Made by a program: the position numbers and the translations under genes
The notes under the pieces: model-generated
Database searches by the model: none
Told to the model about the DNA's origin: nothing
What the model saw: the letters and a program-made list of their open reading frames with translations, nothing else
In this document: piece after piece, positions 21,088 to 29,909 of the stretch
Layout: every line of letters begins with the position of its first letter
Numbering within the stretch: position 1 is the stretch's first letter
Assembly (NCBI RefSeq): GCF_006345805.1
Contig: NW_021832699.1
Coordinates: 1 to 29,909, forward strand
Length of the DNA stretch: 29,909 nt
Origin: Octopus sinensis
Taxonomy: Eukaryota
Direction: 5' to 3'

Positions 21088-21989
21088 CCGGAGTCATTCT
21101 TGTTGCTTATTTTGATTATAATCACCCCACGGATTTATATGGATAACACCATACAGAATTCTGGTGCACCTAAATAAAGTACCATATTCATTTGAATCTA
21201 TATATATATATATAGGTGAAATTACGGTTCACGGGAAAATGATAAGAGCATACACATGGTGCTTACCTGGTGGTCAACTGTAACAAAAGAAACAACCCCT
21301 TCTAGATTAAGTTAAGTTGGATTTGAAAGTTTGGAATTTGCATCAATGAGTAAAGAAGGCGAACTGAGTATATACAGTTAAAAAACCTTTAAGTTTCTAG
21401 TCATTGGTACCAATGTATAATGCAATTTTGTCCTCCTTTTGAATAGTCAGCACGGTATAACTCGAGACAAAAAAATAAGATAAATTCTGTTATCCTAAGG
21501 TCTATTTACGTATATTCTTGTGGAAATAACTGTAAATGACTAGCATTTTAAAGTCCTCTGCTTTTTGAAGGAAGGGAATGCTAAACAGTCATTAAGTGTT
21601 ATTTTAAGAGAGAATGTTTAAGTTTTTATTGATATTGTTTTTAAATGTAGTTTCTTCTTTTTGGTTTATAGAAAAACAATAATTCATTTCGCCTCTTCCA
21701 CGAGATTCACTCTATCCTGAACTGCTAGAAATAACTATAGAACGTTTAAAATTCTAATTCTCTTCACTGGAGATCATGGTAGCACGTGGAACATTAGACA
21801 CAATGTCTGGCACAATTTCAATTAATATTTGATTTAATAAGAACTAAGATAGATTGTATTGTTCTCAAGGATATTTAAATAAAAATATAATTATTTATAC
21901 GTGTATTTAAATAGATGTAATTTTAACAATGTTGAGCATTTTGTGACGACGTATTTATGCAAAGAATTATATATATCTTTGTATTTATT

Positions 21990-22375
21990 ATAGCAGTATC
22001 GCCCGGCGTTGCTCGGATTTGTAAGGGAAATAACTATAAAGCATTTTTAGAGAGTTATAGCCAAAAAATAGCAAAAAAATGGAAAAAAAATGATGGTAAA
22101 TTTTTTTTTTAGAGTTAAAAAAGGTCGAGTTGCGTCCCCTAGACAGTCTGTGATTTGTGTTTCTGATTCTCGACCCCATGTCGAATTTATCGATGTTTTT
22201 CAGAACTGGGGGAACTTTTCAAAATTTTCGCTGCGTTAGTTTTGAATTATGACATTGGGCTATGTGTGTGTCAAGTTTCATCAGAATCGGTTGAAAGCCG
22301 TGGTCAGGGTGAGGGTACAACCAAACAGACACGCAGAAACACACACAGACAAACTGCCGTTTATATAGAGAGAGA
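21990..22375 (-). mobile_element. Non-autonomous Helitron (~386 bp)
   Basis: Minus strand starts A|TCTCTCTCTATATAAAC; last ~120 bp near-identical to 7004-7134, including the hairpin; terminal CTAG has lost its G. Confidence 0.85.
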
Positions 22376-22447
22376 TATGTAAACAATATTTAGCAGCTCT
22401 CTCGAGAAGTACAGCACTTTAAGATATAAGTCGTTAGCAGTTATTTT

Positions 22448-22653
22448 CTTACTCTTTACTCTTTTACTCTTTTACTTGTTTCAGTCATTTGACTGCGGCC
22501 ATGCTGGAGCACCGCCTTTAATCGAGCGACTCGACCCCGGGACTTATTCTTTGTAAGCCCAGTACTTATTCTATCGATCTCTTTTGCCGAACCGCTAAGT
22601 AACGGGGACATAAATACACCAGCATCGGTTGTCAAGCAATGCTAGGGGGACAA

Positions 22654-22696
<43 letters not shown>

Positions 22697-22866
22697 CATA
22701 TATACGACAGGCTTCTTTCAGTTTCCGTCTACCAAATCCACTAACAAGGCTTTGGTCGACCCGAGGCTATAGTAGAAGACACTTGCCCAAGGTGCCACGC
22801 AGTGGGACTGAACCAGGAACCATGTGGTTGGTAAACAAGCTACTTACCACACAGCCACTCCTGCGC
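22448..22866 (-). mobile_element. SINE family B, full length, with (AAGAGTA)n-type tail
   Basis: Matches 16322-16722. Confidence 0.92.
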
Positions 22867-23286
22867 CTCTTCATGAGAATTTGTAACTATCTTTTCATTT
22901 AATATTTATCGCTCGTCGCTACAATATTCAGGCTAATACGGATCGCAATGAATTGTGGTGGAGTTCTTCAGAAATTCCATTCTAGCCACTGAAAACTGTA
23001 GTAGCGCGTGAAACATTAAAACCAATGTTTGGAGTAATTTTAGATGTTTGTTTAATACAAATAAATATAAAATAAGTTTTTTCCAAACAAAAATTTCTAT
23101 ATTTTAATTTTAAAACAGCCAACAAATGTATATTCTTACAAATGCGTGTGTGTATATATTTATATATATGGAAGTGTGTGTGTGTACGTGTGCGGGCGTG
23201 TAAGTTATGGTATGTTTATAAATGCATACAAATATGAAATCGTATGCAAATATATATATATGCGATTCACATTGTATTCATGTATG

Positions 23287-23336
<50 letters not shown>

Positions 23337-23337
23337 A

Positions 23338-24619
<1,282 letters not shown>

Positions 24620-24670
24620 ATGTATGTATGTATGTATGTATGTATGTATGTATGTATGTATGTATGTATG

Positions 24671-24747
<77 letters not shown>

Positions 24748-24830
24748 GTGTGTGTGTATGTATGTATGTATGTATATATATGCATATATACTTACGTATA
24801 TACACATACACGCACACACACACATGTACA
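24620..24830. repeat. Compound (ATGT)/(TA)/(GT) microsatellite
   Basis: Read directly. Confidence 0.9.
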
Positions 24831-25637
24831 TATGTTTTTGTTAGAGTGATATGTTTTTAATTTTGCATATTCAGTTAATAATATTATATCCACAGGGTGC
24901 TGCTAGCCAGCTTCCCACCTTCTCCCCCTTTCTCTCTCTCTCTCTCTCTCTCTCTCCCACAATCCTCCTTTCTCATACCTCCCTTATTCACCCCTCTCCT
25001 TTCTCTGTTCCCTACTCTGCTCTCTCTCTCTTTTGTCTTTTCTGACTCTGTGGGACAACGAGTTCTGTGCCTCCTAATATTTGTTTGTCCTCTCCAGCAG
25101 AGTCGATTACCATCTCTACATTAGTAAGATGACAATCTAACTTTAAACACAAACTTGAAACGAAAACCTCGAAGAATCTAAAAAAGAAAAAAAAAAAAGT
25201 ACTTCATTTAAGCAAAATCGAGATTAAAAAATATATTTAAAAACAGTAGCAAAATCACCCACCAACCTCTCCTAGAAAACAACAACAACAACAATGAATT
25301 AAAGAAACCAAATAAATGAAAAATTAAATAAATAGTAACGTAAGTAATATTTGATAAGTTTAAGCGTGAATTGACGACGCCAAACAAATAAAAAAATGAA
25401 TGTATAAATGAATAAATACGAAATGAATAAACACAAACCATCTCATGTACCAGCTAAAACACTATCAAATGTAAGACATTTCGTAAGGTCATCTATTTTA
25501 AATAGAGCGAGACAAAACAGTATTGACAAACATGATGATAGTAACAGCAACTGCAAAAGCAACCGCAGTAACAATAGCAACAGCAACAACAACAACAAAA
25601 ACTTGCAGCAGCAGCAACCACAGCAACAACAAAAATA

Positions 25638-25858
25638 AATCTTTCTACTATAGGCACAAGGCCTAAAATTTTATGGGAGGGAGGGAGGGAGCTAATCAAT
25701 TATATCGAACCCCCAATGCTCGACTGGTACTTAATTTATCAAACCCCCAAATAGGAGGAAAGGCGAAGTCGACCTCGACGGAATTTGAATTCAGTACGTA
25801 AAAACGGAAGAAATGACGATTAACATTTTGATCAACTATCTAACGATTTTACCAGTCC
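25638..25858 (-). mobile_element. SINE family A, diverged (tail variant ii)
   Basis: TCTTTCTACTATAGGCACAAGGCC..AAGTCGACCTCGACGGAATTTGAA. Confidence 0.8.
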
Positions 25859-25861
25859 ATA

Positions 25862-25862
25862 C

Positions 25863-25913
<51 letters not shown>
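25862..25913. repeat. (ATT)n microsatellite
   Basis: Read directly. Confidence 0.95.
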
Positions 25914-25915
<2 letters not shown>

Positions 25916-25974
25916 GAAAATTAATACGCTTGTACCGTCGGTGTTTGTCACGCTAAGAGAGATACGTCAGGATT

Positions 25975-26965
25975 AAATTCGAGTTCTTTCTCTTGGCTTC
26001 TAGACTGGCGTTGCTGCAACATTCTTTGAAGGTGGGGAAATTATCGTAATAAGAGGAGATTTTAAACAAGTTCTTCCAGTTGTTCCCAGAGCTCTTCCTG
26101 CAGCTGTACTTGATGCCTGCCTCAAACGCTCTTCTATGTGGGATAATTTTCATCAAATGCAACTTATGCAATTCATGCGAACAAATGCATATGAATAAGA
26201 TTTTTCGAGGTGGCTGCTACAACTTGGAAGTGGATTTCTTCAAAGCTCTCTTGATAATCTCGCAGACAATAATATTGATATTCCTGAGGCATGCATATGT
26301 AAAAATTCTATGGTATCTGATATATTTAACAACTATACAGCAGATAAAATGAAAAATAGAATGTTCTTATCCCCTAAAAATTGTCCTCTGAAACTAAGAC
26401 ATATCTAAGCACCGACTCAGTAACTTCTGATAATGAAGAAGAGGCCCAGAATTATACCATGGAGTTTATAAACTCGCTTGCACCTTCTGGAATGCCTCCC
26501 CATCGCCTTAACTTTAAAGTTGGAGCAATTATTATGCTTTTCAGAAACTTCTCTATAACGCAAGGTCGAGGCAACGGAACTCAATTGGAAGTACTTCAGC
26601 CCCACGAGCATAGCATTGAAGCGTCAATTATAAGTGGATCTCATTCTCCCACGAGAGTACTGATTCCAAGAATCAAACTTACTCCAAGCGATGCAAACAT
26701 TCCATTCGTTCTGCATCGGACCCAGTTCCTGGTTCGTCTGTCCTATTCTATGACAATCAATAAAGCACAGGGGCTAACATTCAATAGAGTTGACATATAC
26801 TTGCCACAACAATGCTTCACTCATGGCTAGCTTTTTCAAGAGTAAGGGTGATGAACAAACAGTGTGAGGGTTAAAGTAATACCTCAAAACGAATCCACTC
26901 ATGGTCGCAGAAGGGGAATCACCTACACTAGAAAAATTGTATATAGCGAAGTGCTGCAACGGATG
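25975..26965 (+). pseudogene. Helitron RepHel PIF1-like helicase domain pseudogene
   Basis: TGVAATFFEGG-EIIVIRGDFKQVLPVVP..MR..WLLQLGSG..RMFLSPKN/..EFINSLAPSGMPPHRLNFKVGAIIMLFRN..NGT..QFLVRLSYSMTINKAQGLTF..FTHG*..YTRKIVYSEVL; stops and frameshifts. Confidence 0.93.
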
Positions 26966-26971
26966 TATTTA

Positions 26972-27366
26972 ACTCTTTTACTCTTTGCTCTTTTACTTGT
27001 TTCAGTCATTTAACTGCGGCCATGCTGGAGCACCGCCTTTAGTCGAGAAAATCGACCCCGGGGCTTATTCTTTGTAAGCCCAGTACTTATTCTATCGGTC
27101 TCTTTTGCCGAACGGGGACGTAAACACACCAGCATCGGTTGTCAAGCAATGCTAGGGGGACAAACACAGACACACAAACACACATACATACATATATATA
27201 TACATATATACGACAGGCTTCTTTCAGTTTCCGTCTACCAAATCCACTCACAAGGCATTGGTCGGCCCGGGGCTATAGCAGAAGACACTTGCCCAAGATG
27301 CCACGCAGTGGGACTGAACCCGGAACCATGTGGTTGGTTAGCAAGCTACTTACCACACAGCCACTC
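26972..27366 (-). mobile_element. SINE family B, near full length
   Basis: Matches 16322-16722. Confidence 0.92.
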
Positions 27367-27549
27367 ACACAATAACTTAATATATACTTATATTATTAAT
27401 AAATATAACATAAAGGATAACAGTATTTTTCATCAACGAAAATAATGCAGATTAAACAATTTTGATGAAATGATATCTATTCATTGGACGATATTTAAGT
27501 CATCCGTAAATTTTTTCACGAGTTCAGCTAGTTATTATTATTATATAGA

Positions 27550-27751
27550 AGGCGGCGAGATGGCAGAATCGTTAGCAGGCCGGACGAAATGCTTAGCGGT
27601 ATTTCGTCTGCCGTTTCGTTCTGAGTTCAAATTTCGGGGTCGATTTAATAAGTACCAGTTACGCACTGGAGTCGATGTAATCGACTTAATCCCTTTGTCT
27701 GTCTTTGTTTGTCTCCTCTGTGTTTAGCCCCTTGTGGGTAGTAAAGAAATA
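27550..27751 (+). mobile_element. SINE family A with internal deletion
   Basis: TTCAAATT joined directly to TCGGGGTCG. Confidence 0.88.
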
Positions 27752-28233
27752 TATATTTAATGCCTAGATGAGTTGATTCCTGGTGTATGGATGGGACTAT
27801 CATCGGGTAGATTTATTGCAGACAGACATCTTCTCTAGACACATGTGGTTTACAGCAGTATTTCTTTCGTAAGAGGACGGGGGGGGGGCCTTAAGAGGAC
27901 TGCAAAGTGGGCAAATAAACTTCCATGTTTAATAAAGTTAAGATGGCTTTTCCAACTATTTTTGAACTCTTTCACAACTGTGGTGAAGACTGAAGAATTA
28001 CGTATATGTCAACTGTATTTTGTTATCCCATTAATAAAAGTAGACATGGAAGAAAATCTTTCACTCAGTTCTTTTTGCTGTTTCGGTGTTGGTGTCGTTC
28101 TTAGTGTTTGTGAAATACGAGGAGCGCTGGCGTACAGTACACAGCGCAGTTGCTTTCACAAGAGCAAAATACGTGTGGTTGTGTATATGTATGTGTGTGT
28201 GACTGTGTGACTGTGTGTACGTGATGTGTGTTC

Positions 28234-28648
28234 ACTCTCTTACTCTCTTACTTGTTTCAGTCATTAGACTGCGGACATGCTGGAGCACCGCCTTTAGTCG
28301 AGCAAATTGACCCCGGGACTTATTCTTTGCAAGCCCAGTACTTATTCTATCGGTCACTTTTGCCGAACCGCTAAGTGACGGGGACGTAAACACACCAGTA
28401 TCGGTTGTCAAGCAATGCTAGAGGGACAAACACAGACACACAAACACACACACATACACATATACATACATACATATATATACACATATACGACAGGCTT
28501 CTTTCAGTTTCCGCCTACCAAATCCACTCACAGGGCATTGGTCGGCCCGGGGCTATAGCAGAAGACACTTGCCCAAGATGCCACGCAGTGGGACTGAACC
28601 CGGAACCATGTCGTTGGCTAGCAAGCTACTTACCACACAGCCACTCCT
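28234..28648 (-). mobile_element. SINE family B, full length
   Basis: Matches 16322-16722. Confidence 0.92.
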
Positions 28649-28697
28649 GTTTATGTATGTATATGAGTGTCTGACTGCGTATATGGGATGTATCTTA

Positions 28698-28930
28698 GGG
28701 CGGCGAGCTGGCAGAAACGTTAGCACGCCGGGCGAAATGCGTAGCCGTATTTCGTCTGCCGTTAAGTGTTCTGGGTTCAAATTCCGCCGAGGTCGACTTT
28801 GCCTTTCATCCTTTCGGGGTCGATAAATAAAGTACCAGTCACGCACTGGGGTCGATGTAATCGACTTAATCCCTTTGTCTGTCCTTGTTTGTCCCTTCTA
28901 TGTTTAGCCCCTTGTGGGTAGTAAAGAAAT
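28698..28930 (+). mobile_element. SINE family A, full length
   Basis: Matches 4896-5123. Confidence 0.92.
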
Positions 28931-29144
28931 ATATATGCGATGTATCTGCGTCTTTCTCTGTGTGTATGTGTGTGGTGTGTGTGTGTGTGTGTGTGTGACA
29001 CACAGGGTGCTGTACTTTTTACAGGTTGACAAACTTTTCTATAACAAGCCCTCAATATGCACTTCTCCAAACCAGGAAGGCAAGTGAAAAAATAAAAACG
29101 ATAAAGCTACATGAAGACATGAGAGAACTACAGAATAGTATTAA

Positions 29145-29230
29145 GGTTAAATTAAGTCCTGGGGTTGATTCACGACAGTACCCCAGCATGGCCGCAGTGT
29201 AATGACTGAAATGAGTAAGGAATAAAAGAT
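29145..29230 (+). mobile_element. SINE family B tail fragment
   Basis: CCCCAGCATGGCCGCAGTGTAATGACTGAAA. Confidence 0.7.
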
Positions 29231-29780
29231 AACAATACATACTCTTCAGTACTGAATAATCGCAGGGAATAAACAAGGATAAGCAATAAAACAAATTTGA
29301 AAATTTACTAAATACCCATTTCTCATCTAAACTGTCCGACCAGGAAGAAAACTCCTTTGAATAGGCAAGTTTTTGATCTCTATTGCACAGGGTTGTAAAA
29401 AAAAATCAGCGCTTCAGGAGAAAATATTATGACAGCGTGTCTATGGGCCACGGTTGGAAGGCAAACAGTAAAAAATCTGCTTTTCTCTGCCTTTTTCTCT
29501 CTCTCTCTCTTGACCACTCACTCGTTTGTTTTGTCTCCCTTTTTGACGGTCCTCACTCGAAAAGAACAGGGAAGCAATTAATTCACTGCTTCACCCTCTT
29601 TTATCGCAACCCCAACAGGAGCTTTCTCTTACAAAGAAATGAAGGAAAGGAAAATGCAAAAATATACAATGAGGAAAGTGAAATGTTTTTTATAAGATTA
29701 TTTTAGCATTTTCTACCTTGACTTTTTTTCCATATATATATCAACTCGTGTGTTCCTTTTCAATCTTCTACATATATATA

Positions 29781-29909
29781 TAGGAGTGGCTGTGTGTTAA
29801 GTAGGTTGCTTACCAACCACGTGGTTCCGGGTTCACTCCCACTGCGTGGCACCTTGGGCAAGTGTCTTCTACTATAGCCTCGGGCTGACCAAAGCCTTGT
29901 GAGTGGATT
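29781..29909 (+). mobile_element. SINE family B 5' module, cut by the window end
   Basis: GGAGTGGCTGTGTG..GGTTCACTCCCACTGCGTGGCACCTTGGGCAAGTGTC. Confidence 0.9.

Noticed and set aside
25540-25635. Poly-N/poly-Q coding tract
   Set aside because: Degenerate (AAC/AGC)n microsatellite adjoining a SINE tail
26381-26830. 149-aa ORF as cellular PIF1
   Set aside because: Helitron-type motifs, intronless, with stops and frameshifts on both sides

Overview
This is AT-rich, microsatellite-dense eukaryotic non-coding DNA. The SINE families look like those of octopod cephalopods (Octopus); that is recognition from memory, not a database check. I find no credible host gene or exon, and nearly all ORFs in the track are translations of microsatellites or SINEs. 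The window is a nest of decayed mobile elements: more than 25 copies of four tRNA-derived SINE families, five R4/Dong-type LINE fragments, two RTE LINE 3' ends (one nested with a 9-bp TSD in a dead Tc1 transposase), a CR1-group LINE 3' end, a Helitron helicase pseudogene, two non-autonomous Helitrons and a Merlin-like MITE with an 8-bp TSD. The most interesting signals are RNA-level. A complete type I hammerhead ribozyme fold with a ~25-bp extended stem II lies at 20995-21087. Three minimal Penelope-type hammerheads lie at about 5.4, 13.05 and 15.6 kb, two with a non-canonical CCGACGA core. There are also fixed-junction SINE multimers and a 3' tail architecture shared by a SINE and the CR1 LINE. 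Element boundaries without TSDs are approximate.
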